32,535 bases of DNA. Source: PVC group bacterium (GTDB taxonomy: Bacteria > Verrucomicrobiota > Kiritimatiellia > SS1-B-03-39 > PXDE01). A program made the position numbers and the translations under genes. The number at the start of each line of letters is the position of its first letter. Within the stretch, counting starts at the first letter, position 1. Below, piece by piece: positions 23,297 through 31,248 of this stretch. The notes beneath the pieces were generated by a model, which saw nothing but the letters and a program-made list of their open reading frames with translations, did no database searches and was not told where the DNA came from. The stretch spans positions 1 to 32,535 of the forward strand of contig PXDE01000222.1 of NCBI GenBank assembly GCA_003566475.1, given 5' to 3'.

Positions 23297-24072
23297 AGAC
23301 AGGGACGCATCCTGACCCTTCGACCAGCCCGCCGACGTCCCCCGACGAGGCGCGCAAGGCCCTGCTCGACGCCGCGTTCGACCTGAGCCTGCAGGAGTGG
23401 ATGGCCACGCGGAGCCAGGATCGCGCCCGGACGACGCCTCCCGCCGTCCTCCGGCCCGGCCTGCGGTCCGCGCTTGCGGTAGCGGCCGCCCTTGTTCTGA
23501 TGGCGGGATTCGGGGTCTGGCTCAGACGATCCGGGGACCACCCGCCCGCTCTGGGCTGGCTGGATCCGAACGGCGGGCAGGTGGCGGTGCTTCGCGAGGA
23601 TGGCGCCCAGATCCTTCCCCGCGACCGCGTGCCGCTTCAGGAAGGCGACCGAATCTCGACGGGAACCGGCCTCGCCCGCATCGGGTTGCCCGAGGGGTCG
23701 CGACTGGACCTCCATCCCGGGACCGATCTGGCCGTGGAGGCACCGGTGTTCCGGATGCGTCGGGGGGTGATCGAGGCCGACGTCCGCCCCCGCCCGGACG
23801 AACGCCCGATGGTCATCCGCACCCCGGACGCGGTGGCCACCGTGCGGGGAACCCGCTTCCGCCTGGAGGTGAAGGCCGGCGAGTCGATCCTGGACGTGGC
23901 CGAAGGGGAAGTCGGGTTCCTCCGGCTGCGCGACCATCAGGAGCTTGCCGTGCGCACGGGCGAACGTGCGTCCACGGGCCCCTCCGCCGTCTACACCTCG
24001 GAGGACGGACGCTGGCGGGTCTCGGTGTACCTGGCCGACGGCGAGCCGTCGGACGATACGGCCCCGGACTGA
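23293..24072 (+). CDS. FecR-family anti-sigma factor
   Basis: Its ATG overlaps the sigma-factor stop (ATGA). Single TM helix (LRSALAVAAALVLMAGFGVWL), then a FecR-like beta domain (...LQEGDRISTGTGLARIGLPEGSRLDLHPGTDL...TPDAVATVRGTRFRLEV). Confidence 0.75.
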   Translation: MKTGTHPDPSTSPPTSPDEARKALLDAAFDLSLQEWMATRSQDRARTTPPAVLRPGLRSALAVAAALVLMAGFGVWLRRSGDHPPALGWLDPNGGQVAVLREDGAQILPRDRVPLQEGDRISTGTGLARIGLPEGSRLDLHPGTDLAVEAPVFRMRRGVIEADVRPRPDERPMVIRTPDAVATVRGTRFRLEVKAGESILDVAEGEVGFLRLRDHQELAVRTGERASTGPSAVYTSEDGRWRVSVYLADGEPSDDTAPD

Positions 24073-25214
24073 GGCGCGAACACCTCGCAGACCAGTAGGC
24101 GGCACTCGGTGCCCCCGCTCCATAGCGGGATGCGGCTCCGGGGGGCGAGGCCGATCTGCCGGGCCAGCTCGGGGTCGGCCACGAACAGCCCCGCCGTCCA
24201 GCCAGGGCAGCGGCGCTTGAGAAAATCGCCGATGTCCCGGTAGTGGGGCCCCAGCCGGGTCCGGTCGCCCAGCCGGATGCCGTGCTCGGGGTTGATCACT
24301 ACGAACCCCGGCCCGGCCGGCACCGGCATGTCCCGGAAATCGCCGGTGTGCCAGGCGATGGTGTCCCCGACCCCGGCCGCCTCCGCGTTCTGGCGGGCGG
24401 CGGCCACCGCCTGGGGGCGGAGGTCGCCGGCCCCGATGGGCGCGGGCGGAGCACGCACCGCCGCCTCGGCCTGCCGGCGAAGTTCCGCCCAGGCCGCCTG
24501 CGGCCAGTCCCGCACATGCATGAACCCGAAATTCTCGCGCCGCAGGCCGGACGCGCGGCGGGACGCGATCAGCGCGGCCTCGATGGCCAGGGTGCCGCTG
24601 CCGCACATGGGATTGAGCAGCGGGCTCTCCGGATCCCACCCGGCCGCCAGCAGGCAGGCGGCGGCCAGGGTCTCCTGCATCGGCGCGTCCATGGGCTGCC
24701 GCCGGTAGCCGCGGCGCGACAGCGGCTCGCCCGAAGTGTCCAGGAGGAGCTGGGCCTTCTTCCCGTGCCAATGGATGTGCAGCACCGCGCCGGTGCGGTC
24801 GGGACCGGAGTCGGGGCGACGGCCGCAGGCGGCGGTCATGCGGTCGGCGATGGCGTCCTTGACCTTGAGCGCGGCCCACCGGGCGTCGGTGACCGGCGCC
24901 CGGTCGAGGGTGGCGGTGACCGAGAATCGCCCATCGGGTGGGAGCAGTTCCTCCCAGGGCAGGGCCCGCAGCGACTCGTAGAGATCGAAATCCTCGCGGG
25001 CCCGGACCCGGGCCAGCGGCCACAGGATCCGGTGGGCGGTGCGCAGATGGAGATTGAGGAGCAGGGCGGCTTCCAGATCGCCCTCCGTCTCGACCCGCAC
25101 CGGCGAAAGCTCCTGCGCCGCGAACCCCAGCGCCCGAAGTTCGCCGGCCAGCACCGGCGCGACCCCGCGCCCGCAGGTCAGAAGGATGGGCTGGACCGAA
25201 CTCGGCTGGAGCAT
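23991..25214 (-). CDS. THUMP-domain class I SAM-dependent RNA methyltransferase (RlmL/COG0116-like)
   Basis: N-terminal THUMP region and SAM motif I (LLNPMCGSGTLAIEAAL). Motif IV reads NPEHG rather than the usual NPPYG. Start at ATG 25214. Confidence 0.8.
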   Translation of the reverse strand: MLQPSSVQPILLTCGRGVAPVLAGELRALGFAAQELSPVRVETEGDLEAALLLNLHLRTAHRILWPLARVRAREDFDLYESLRALPWEELLPPDGRFSVTATLDRAPVTDARWAALKVKDAIADRMTAACGRRPDSGPDRTGAVLHIHWHGKKAQLLLDTSGEPLSRRGYRRQPMDAPMQETLAAACLLAAGWDPESPLLNPMCGSGTLAIEAALIASRRASGLRRENFGFMHVRDWPQAAWAELRRQAEAAVRAPPAPIGAGDLRPQAVAAARQNAEAAGVGDTIAWHTGDFRDMPVPAGPGFVVINPEHGIRLGDRTRLGPHYRDIGDFLKRRCPGWTAGLFVADPELARQIGLAPRSRIPLWSGGTECRLLVCEVFAPQSGAVSSDGSPSARYTETRQRPSSEV

Positions 25215-25282
25215 GCCCCCAGCATGCCACGTCCCAGACACCTCCGTCGAATCCTGAGCGTGGTTCCCTCCCGAGAGCGCAC

Positions 25283-25783
25283 TCAGGAGGAAGTCATCGA
25301 GTCCAGTTCGCGAAGCACGTGCTGGTAGACCTCGATCCGGATCCGGAAGCCGTACCGGCCAACCAGATCCTCGATCGCCCGGCGGATCCTGGCGGGCGGC
25401 ACGACCCGCCTCCGGGCCGCCTGCAAGAGGACACCGAGAGTACCCAGGGGCCGGATCCCCTCCGCGTCGGCCAGCGAGCGTAGCAGACGGTCGTCGCAGA
25501 GTAGCACGTCGGCCTTCCTCCGCATGGCCAGGGCCAGCGCGGCCCGGTCTGCGGCACTTAGCCCGGCGGCCAATGAAGATGTGGGCCTGACCGCCACGAC
25601 TTCGCAGGAAGCGAGAAATCCCTCCAGGTGTCGAAACTCCGCGGGGTCTACATCGGGAGCCAGCACCTCATCCCGGACTTGTCGGGGGACCAGGATCTCC
25701 TTCCCGAGCACTCGAGGGAGCAGAGATAAACTGTCCAGCTTGGCCAGGAAGATCAGAGGGCTGGCATCGGCCACGGTGGTCAT
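25283..25783 (-). CDS. DUF3368 PIN-like nuclease domain protein (putative toxin)
   Basis: MTTVADASPLIFLAKLDSLSLLPRVLGKEILVPRQVRDEV... is typical of DUF3368. Its ATG overlaps the stop of the upstream UPF0175 gene (ATGA). Confidence 0.78.
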   Translation of the reverse strand: MTTVADASPLIFLAKLDSLSLLPRVLGKEILVPRQVRDEVLAPDVDPAEFRHLEGFLASCEVVAVRPTSSLAAGLSAADRAALALAMRRKADVLLCDDRLLRSLADAEGIRPLGTLGVLLQAARRRVVPPARIRRAIEDLVGRYGFRIRIEVYQHVLRELDSMTSS

Positions 25784-26088
25784 GGCGAGGGCAGCGGCCG
25801 GAGATCCTTGCGGAGATCCTCGGCATCGTAGCTGAGCTCGACGCCCTGGCGCTCCAGCGCGGCCACCAGTTCGCGCAGGGTGAGCCCGGCCAGCTCAGCC
25901 GCCCTGGAGAAGGTGATCTCGCCCCGCCGGTAGGCCCGGCAGGCCTGTTCCAGCCTAACCTCGCGGGCGCCCTGGCGAAGCGCCTGGCGCAGCAGCACGG
26001 ACTTCTCCATGCCCAGCCTCCGGGCCAGTTCACCAAGCGCATCCGCCTCCTCCTTTGGAATCCGAAGCGAGATGGTGGCGGTAGACAT
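25780..26088 (-). CDS. UPF0175 family protein (putative antitoxin)
   Basis: MSTATISLRIPKEEADALGELARR...ACRAYRRGEITFSRAAELAGLTLRELVAALERQGVEL matches the UPF0175 pattern. Start at ATG 26088; the longer ORF to 26370 crosses a palindrome. Confidence 0.75.
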   Translation of the reverse strand: MSTATISLRIPKEEADALGELARRLGMEKSVLLRQALRQGAREVRLEQACRAYRRGEITFSRAAELAGLTLRELVAALERQGVELSYDAEDLRKDLRPLPSP

Positions 26089-26244
26089 GTGTGCGATCTC
26101 CTGATCTGCAAACACAGTGGGGCAGAAAGGGGTTCCCGTCAAGCGTGGCCTCGGCCTTCCCTCGCCCTCTCCGGCGCCGCCAAGAGGCCACGGAATCCGT
26201 CCGTCAGGGCGATTGCCCGAGAAGTAGCCTGCACGTGGGTTCGT

Positions 26245-26276
26245 CAAACCAGATGTCCGATCGGACATCTGGTTTG
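26245..26276. promoter_or_regulatory. 32-bp perfect palindrome CAAACCAGATGTCCGA|TCGGACATCTGGTTTG (candidate operator or hairpin)
   Basis: Verified base by base. Lies ~160 nt upstream of the UPF0175-PIN operon, in a divergent intergenic region. Confidence 0.6.
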
Positions 26277-26315
26277 TCGCTCTGCCTTTCCGGCGCAGAG
26301 GGCGAGGAAGGGTCT

Positions 26316-26351
26316 GTCCAAGGCCTGGACAGAATCGTCCAAGGTCTGGAC
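26316..26351 (+). repeat. Two 15-bp direct repeats, GTCCAAGGCCTGGAC / GTCCAAGGTCTGGAC, with starts 21 bp apart
   Basis: 14/15 identical. Each has inverted 5-mers (GTCCA...TGGAC). The spacing equals two helical turns. Confidence 0.6.
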
Positions 26352-26758
26352 GCCGCGCGGGTCGCCCCATACCTGCTGCAAGGTTCGGAGGCGGATGAAC
26401 CGGTCAGAGCATTGCGCTGATACGGCTGACCGGGGAGTGGAACCCGGCTTGGATCATGGCCTGGCTGAGCACAACGGTGTCGAACACCCAGCAGGACGCG
26501 CGGTCAGGCCCAGTCGGCATCGTCCGGCGCGGCGCGGGTGTTGGCTGGAATTCCGTGATCGCCAAGCCAGGCCCGCAGCCCGAGGACGTGCATGCCCATT
26601 ACCTCGGCCAGCTTGCCCAGGCTGAGGCCGGGGAGTTCTTCCCGCTGGGTCTGCGGTTCCTCCTGGGATGGCCGGTGGCCGCGGCTGGAGCCCTGCTGGT
26701 GGGCCTGGTGTTCTGGTTCGGTCGGCGTAGGTGGTCATGCGGGTGGCGGGCCAGGCGT

Positions 26759-27196
26759 ATGTTCGCCATCGCGGTTCCCTGCGCCCTTCTTGCGGCGGGC
26801 TTGCGGGCCCGGGAACCGGCCCGGGGACGGGAGGGCGCCTATCTGGCCGGCCTGGCGGCGCGCGCCGACCAGCATCTGGAACCGGCCGAAGTCCTAGCCT
26901 GGGCCGAAAGAATCCATGAGCAGTCGTCCGGCAAGCAGGTGTTGGAACCCGTGACCGTTCACGATCTGCCTCCGGGCTTCGATCAGGTGATTCCCGGCTG
27001 GATGCACGGCTACCAAGTGCTTTGGGCAAATCAGCAGGAAGTGGAAGTCCTATGGGGACGGGTGATCAAGGTGGGCCTGCGCGTGCCGGTGGGTGTATCA
27101 GGCCGTGGCTCCGGAGGACGGCCCGAAGCAGGAGGAGGCCGACTGAGGACGCGCGAATGGAAAGATGGGATCTGGCTCGTGTGGATCGCGATTTGA
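26759..27196 (+). CDS. Hypothetical protein (145 aa, N-terminal hydrophobic segment); no homology recognised
   Basis: MFAIAVPCALLAAGL..., then non-repetitive sequence (...AEVLAWAERIHEQSSGKQVLEPVTVHDLPPGFDQVIPGWMHGYQVLWANQQEVEVLWGRVIKVGL...). Third-position GC is visibly lower than in neighbouring genes. The ORF is open back to 26456, but that part is antisense to a decayed TA-like remnant. Confidence 0.35.
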   Translation: MFAIAVPCALLAAGLRAREPARGREGAYLAGLAARADQHLEPAEVLAWAERIHEQSSGKQVLEPVTVHDLPPGFDQVIPGWMHGYQVLWANQQEVEVLWGRVIKVGLRVPVGVSGRGSGGRPEAGGGRLRTREWKDGIWLVWIAI

Positions 27197-27214
27197 GCGG
27201 AGCGAAGCGCGAAG

Positions 27215-27330
27215 GCACGCGCCTGCGGCCGTCCCCTGCCTGCGATCGCCCCTTCAGGGCGGATGGGAGGAGGCAACGGTCTGGGGTTGTACCCCAGGCT
27301 CCGTTAGGCGGCGGCGCCTTCAGCGCCCGG
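27215..27330 (+). repeat. Dispersed repeat family D, copy 2
   Basis: Aligns with 10431-10530 and has the same two CTTCA-loop hairpins and ACCCCAGGCT core. Confidence 0.8.
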
Positions 27331-27409
27331 AAGGCGCCGGTCTCGGACCCATCGGACGCCTCGGATCAAGCCGCAGCAGGGCCGCACAGCGGCTTGGGAG
27401 GGCGAATAC

Positions 27410-27643
27410 CGCCACGGGCGGGATGAGCCGCGGGCGAGGGAACGTCATGATCCGTTCTTGGCCGGAGCTTGGTTCGTTTCAGGATCCCAGGCATGGCCCG
27501 TCCTCGCTCCGGCTCGGCGGGAGCCTCGCCCTCCCGGCCGCTCCCCCCTCTCCGATGCATGGATTCCCTCGAGCGAGCGCCTTCCTTCGACGTTCGGAGT
27601 TCGACATTCGACATTCTGCGGTTCCGAGGCTCCCCGTGCCCCC
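27410..27643 (-). repeat. Dispersed repeat family F copy 2 (inverted) followed by family E heptamer array
   Basis: 27410-27585 is the reverse complement of 22153-22318. Heptamers TTCGACG TTCGGAG TTCGACA TTCGACA TTCTGCG lie at 27586-27620 on the + strand. Confidence 0.8.
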
Positions 27644-27849
27644 ATCCGAACCGCGAGAATCGATAGCGATAGCGAATGGCGACCGGAACGCACAACCGAC
27701 TTCGATGTTCGAGGTTCCCCGCGCCCCGTGTCTCGCCCCTTAATCCAGCTGACCACCGACCCCTTTTCCCCCGACTCATCACGGCGGGGCCCACCCGCGT
27801 CGTTGCCCCTGGAGCCATGCGTGTTAGAGTGGCTCCGGAGGATCTATCA

Positions 27850-28857
27850 ATGTGCCACCATCACGAGACGGACGATTCCCGAGATCGCCGGACGGCGAAA
27901 CCCGCGCATGGCCCCGGCCGGCGCGATTTTCTGAAGGGACTGGGCGCGGCGACGGCGGGCCTCGGCCTGCTGGGCCTGAGGTCGGTCCGGGGACAGAACG
28001 AGAGCAGACCCACGCCCATGCCGGTCCGGCCGCTGGGGAAGACGGGGGTCTCCGTGACCGCGTTCAGCCTGGGCGGAGAGGCCACCGTGGAGATCCGGCA
28101 GCGGCGGGACGACGCGGTGGCCATCATCAACCGGGCGCTCGACCTCGGGGTGAACTACATCGACACCTCGCCCCGCTATGGGAACGGAGGCAGCGAGTCC
28201 AACATCGGCGAGGTGATGGCGGACCGGCGGAAGGAGGTGTTCCTGGCCACCAAGACCCACGACCGCACGCGCGATGGCACCCTGCGGCTGGTCGAGGCGT
28301 CGCTGCGGCGGCTGCAGACCGACCGGATCGACCTCTACCAGCTTCACAACGTGCGCACCGAGGACGACGTGCGCCGGGCCCTCGGCCCGGACGGCGCGGT
28401 GAAGGCGCTCGAGCAGCTTCGCGAGGACGGGGTGATCCGGTTCACCGGCATCACCGGCCACCGCGATCCCGACGTGCTGCGCCGGGGCATCCGCGAGTAT
28501 CCGTTCGACTGCCTGCTGATGACCCTGAACGCCGCCGACATCCATTTCCGCCCGTTCCAGAAGGAGCTGCTCGAGGAGGCGGTGGCCCGGGAGATGGGGA
28601 TTATCGCCATGAAGGTGACCGCCCGGGGCCGGATCTTCCGCGAGGGCGGGGTCACCTCCATGGCCCAGGCCCTCGGCTACACGCTCTCGTTCCCGATCAG
28701 CACCGCCATCGTGGGGATCTCGCATCTCCGGGAGCTGGAGCAGAACGTCGAGATCGCCCGCGGGTTCGAGGCCCTGCCCGGCGAGGAGCGGGCGGCGATC
28801 GAGCGGCTTACCCACGCTTACGCCGATGCCGGAAACTTCTTCAAGCACCGGTGGTAG
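27850..28857 (+). CDS. Aldo/keto reductase with twin-arginine (Tat) signal
   Basis: GRRDFLKGLGAATAGLGLL Tat motif, then an AKR core (...GVNYIDTSPRYGNGGSE...RIDLYQLHN...). GGAGGA lies 8 nt upstream of ATG 27850. Confidence 0.82.
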   Translation: MCHHHETDDSRDRRTAKPAHGPGRRDFLKGLGAATAGLGLLGLRSVRGQNESRPTPMPVRPLGKTGVSVTAFSLGGEATVEIRQRRDDAVAIINRALDLGVNYIDTSPRYGNGGSESNIGEVMADRRKEVFLATKTHDRTRDGTLRLVEASLRRLQTDRIDLYQLHNVRTEDDVRRALGPDGAVKALEQLREDGVIRFTGITGHRDPDVLRRGIREYPFDCLLMTLNAADIHFRPFQKELLEEAVAREMGIIAMKVTARGRIFREGGVTSMAQALGYTLSFPISTAIVGISHLRELEQNVEIARGFEALPGEERAAIERLTHAYADAGNFFKHRW

Positions 28858-30256
28858 CCTGAGCACGCCCACGTTCAACCTGTCCCGCGCCATCCCGTCC
28901 GAGGAGGGATTCGACCTGGTGGTGGCCGGGGGCGGGCCGGGGGGATGCGGGGCGGCTATCGCGGCGGCGCGGCTGGGGGCTCGGGTGCTGCTGGTGGAGG
29001 CGGCGGGGTGCCTGGGCGGCATGGGCACGTCGGCCATGGTCTCGGCCTGGTCGCACATGGCCAACGGGAAGCACCCGGTCATCGGCGGGCTCATGCTCGA
29101 GCTGGTCGAGGCCATGTACGCCCGCGGCTTCATCGCGCCCACCTACACGCCATCGCGCTGGCGGACCGACTACAACTGCGGCCTCGGCTACCACACCGAC
29201 GGCCTCAAGCTGCTGCTCGACGAGCTGTGCGAGGCGGCGGGGGTCGAGGTGCGGTTCTTCACCCGGGTGATCGACGCCGAGGTCGCGCCGGAAGGGAACC
29301 GCGTCGAGGGGGTGGTGCTGCACAACGTCGAGGGCTACCGGTTCGTCCGCGCTCCGGCGTTCATCGACGCCACCGGCGACGCGGCGCTGGCCCACCGGGC
29401 CGGCGCGGCCTGCCGGGAGGCCGGGCGCGACACCCCGAACATCATGCCGCCCACCCTCTGCTCGGCCCAGGCCGGCATCGACTACACGGTGTTCGACCGC
29501 AAACGCCAGCAGGCGGCGGTGGAGAAGGCGCTGGCCGACGGGTTCTTCTCCCAGCCCGACCGCCATGTCCCCGGGCTGTTCCGCACCGGCCCCACCACGG
29601 CCATCCTCAATGCCGGGCACGTGTTCGGGATGGACGCGCTCTCCTGCGCCAGCCTCAGCGACGGCATGCGCCGGGGCCGGCGCCTGGCCTGGGAGTACAC
29701 CGAGTTCTTCCGCAGGTACGTGGACGGCTGCCAGGAGATGCGGATGGTGACCACCGCCGCCGCCATGGGCGTGCGCGAGTCGCGCCGGATCGTGGGCGAG
29801 GCCGAGCTGGGCTACGCCGACTATCGGGCCCGGAGGCAGTTCCCGGACCAGATCGCCATCTACTGCAAGCAGACCGACATCCATGTCTATGACCCCAGCC
29901 CCGAGGAGTACGAGCGCTACCGGGCCGAGTTCGAGGAGGCCGACGTGCTCGCCCCCGGCGAGTGCTATGGCATCCCCTACGGCGTCCTGGTGCCGAAGGG
30001 CTGGAAGAATCTCTGGGTCGCGGGGAGATGCAACTCGAGCGACCTCAAGGTCAACGGGGCCATCCGGGACCAGCCCGCCTGCGTGATGATGGGCCAGGCC
30101 GCCGGCACCGCCGCCGTGCTGGCCCTCCGCCACGGCGAGACCGCCGACCGCCTGGACACCCGGCGGCTGGTCGAGGCCCTGCGCGAGCAGGGCGCCAACC
30201 TTCCCCAGTCCGAGCTGAGCCCGGACATGACCCGCACCTCGGAAGGCGCCCCATAA
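28826..30256 (+). CDS. FAD-dependent oxidoreductase (FAD_oxidored-type)
   Basis: FDLVVAGGGPGGCGAAIAAARLGARVLLVE dinucleotide-binding motif. The only ATG (28826) overlaps the AKR gene by 32 nt, so the start is uncertain. Confidence 0.78.
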   Translation: MPETSSSTGGSLSTPTFNLSRAIPSEEGFDLVVAGGGPGGCGAAIAAARLGARVLLVEAAGCLGGMGTSAMVSAWSHMANGKHPVIGGLMLELVEAMYARGFIAPTYTPSRWRTDYNCGLGYHTDGLKLLLDELCEAAGVEVRFFTRVIDAEVAPEGNRVEGVVLHNVEGYRFVRAPAFIDATGDAALAHRAGAACREAGRDTPNIMPPTLCSAQAGIDYTVFDRKRQQAAVEKALADGFFSQPDRHVPGLFRTGPTTAILNAGHVFGMDALSCASLSDGMRRGRRLAWEYTEFFRRYVDGCQEMRMVTTAAAMGVRESRRIVGEAELGYADYRARRQFPDQIAIYCKQTDIHVYDPSPEEYERYRAEFEEADVLAPGECYGIPYGVLVPKGWKNLWVAGRCNSSDLKVNGAIRDQPACVMMGQAAGTAAVLALRHGETADRLDTRRLVEALREQGANLPQSELSPDMTRTSEGAP

Positions 30257-30279
30257 CCGGTTCCCGCCCGAACATCACG

Positions 30280-31248
30280 GTGCTCGACGAAGGCACCATC
30301 GATCTTCCCGACGCGGCCTGGGACGCGGTGCGCGAGCTGGGATCGCTCACCCTCCACCGCAACACGCCCCACGACGATGACGGCGCGATCCGGGACCGCT
30401 GCCAGGAGGCCGACGTGGTGCTCACCAACAAGGTGCCGCTGCGGCGGGAGGTGATCGCGAAGGCCCCTCGCCTGAGGCTGATCAGCACCCTGGCCACTGG
30501 CTACAACATTGTGGACGTAGAGGCCGCCTCGGATCATGGGGTGACCGTGTGCAACGTCCCCGGCTACAGCACTCCGGCCATGGCCCAGCACACGCTGGCC
30601 CTCATCCTCGAGCTGACCAACCGGGTGGGGCTGCATGCCGAGGCAGTGCGCGGCGGGGCGTGGACCCGCTCCGAGTTCTACTATTTCCTCGAACGCCCGG
30701 TGGTGGAGCTGGCGGGACGGACGGTGGGCCTGGTGGGCTTCGGCGAGATCGCGGGCGCGGTCGGCCGCCTGGTGTCGGCCCTGGGCGCCAGCGTGCTGGC
30801 CTTTCGCCGCCATCCCGGCGAGCCCCCGCCCTACGGCCCTTTCGCGTGGGCGACGTCGGTCGATCAGGTGTTCGAGGAGGCCGACGTGGTGTCGCTGCAC
30901 TGCCCGCTGACCCCGGAGACCGACCGCCTGGTGGACGCGGCGCGGCTGGCCCGGATGAAGCCCACCGCATGTCTGGTCAACACCGCCCGCGGCGGGCTGG
31001 TGGTGGAGCGGGATCTGGTCGCGGCGCTGCGGGCCAGGGGGATCGCCGGGGCGGCGCTGGACGTGGTGGCCGAGGAGCCGATGCGGCCGGACAGCCCGCT
31101 GCTCGGGGAGGTGCCGAACCTCATCGTCACCCCTCACAACGGCTGGGCCACCGAAGCCTCCCGCCGACGGCTGCTGAAGCAGACGGCGGAGAACATCCGG
31201 CAGTTCCTGCGCGGCACGCCGGTGAACGTGGTAGGGTGCGGGGCATGA
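30280..31248 (+). CDS. D-isomer-specific 2-hydroxyacid dehydrogenase (glycerate dehydrogenase-like)
   Basis: ...ISTLATGYNIVDVEAA...VCNVPGYST..., NAD motif GLVGFGEIAGAVG, ...VNTARGGLV...TPHNGWAT. The only plausible start after the upstream stop is GTG 30280. Confidence 0.8.
   Translation: MLDEGTIDLPDAAWDAVRELGSLTLHRNTPHDDDGAIRDRCQEADVVLTNKVPLRREVIAKAPRLRLISTLATGYNIVDVEAASDHGVTVCNVPGYSTPAMAQHTLALILELTNRVGLHAEAVRGGAWTRSEFYYFLERPVVELAGRTVGLVGFGEIAGAVGRLVSALGASVLAFRRHPGEPPPYGPFAWATSVDQVFEEADVVSLHCPLTPETDRLVDAARLARMKPTACLVNTARGGLVVERDLVAALRARGIAGAALDVVAEEPMRPDSPLLGEVPNLIVTPHNGWATEASRRRLLKQTAENIRQFLRGTPVNVVGCGA

Noticed and set aside
22921-25230. 769-aa minus-strand ORF spanning the sigma, FecR and methyltransferase region
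   Set aside because: It is off-frame or antisense to three recognisable genes and has R/G/P/A low-complexity composition.
26091-26420. 109-aa plus-strand ORF, and the 94-codon upstream extension of the UPF0175 ORF, across the 32-bp palindrome
   Set aside because: Both strands read the same peptide (NQMSDRTSGL) only because of the palindrome. There are no protein-like features, and the UPF0175 similarity starts at ATG 26088.
27242-27249. GCGATCGC (cyanobacterial HIP1 palindrome), also seen near 12224 and 19843
   Set aside because: About three occurrences against roughly one expected from base composition is not the strong over-representation seen in HIP1-bearing cyanobacteria. I do not use it as taxonomic evidence.
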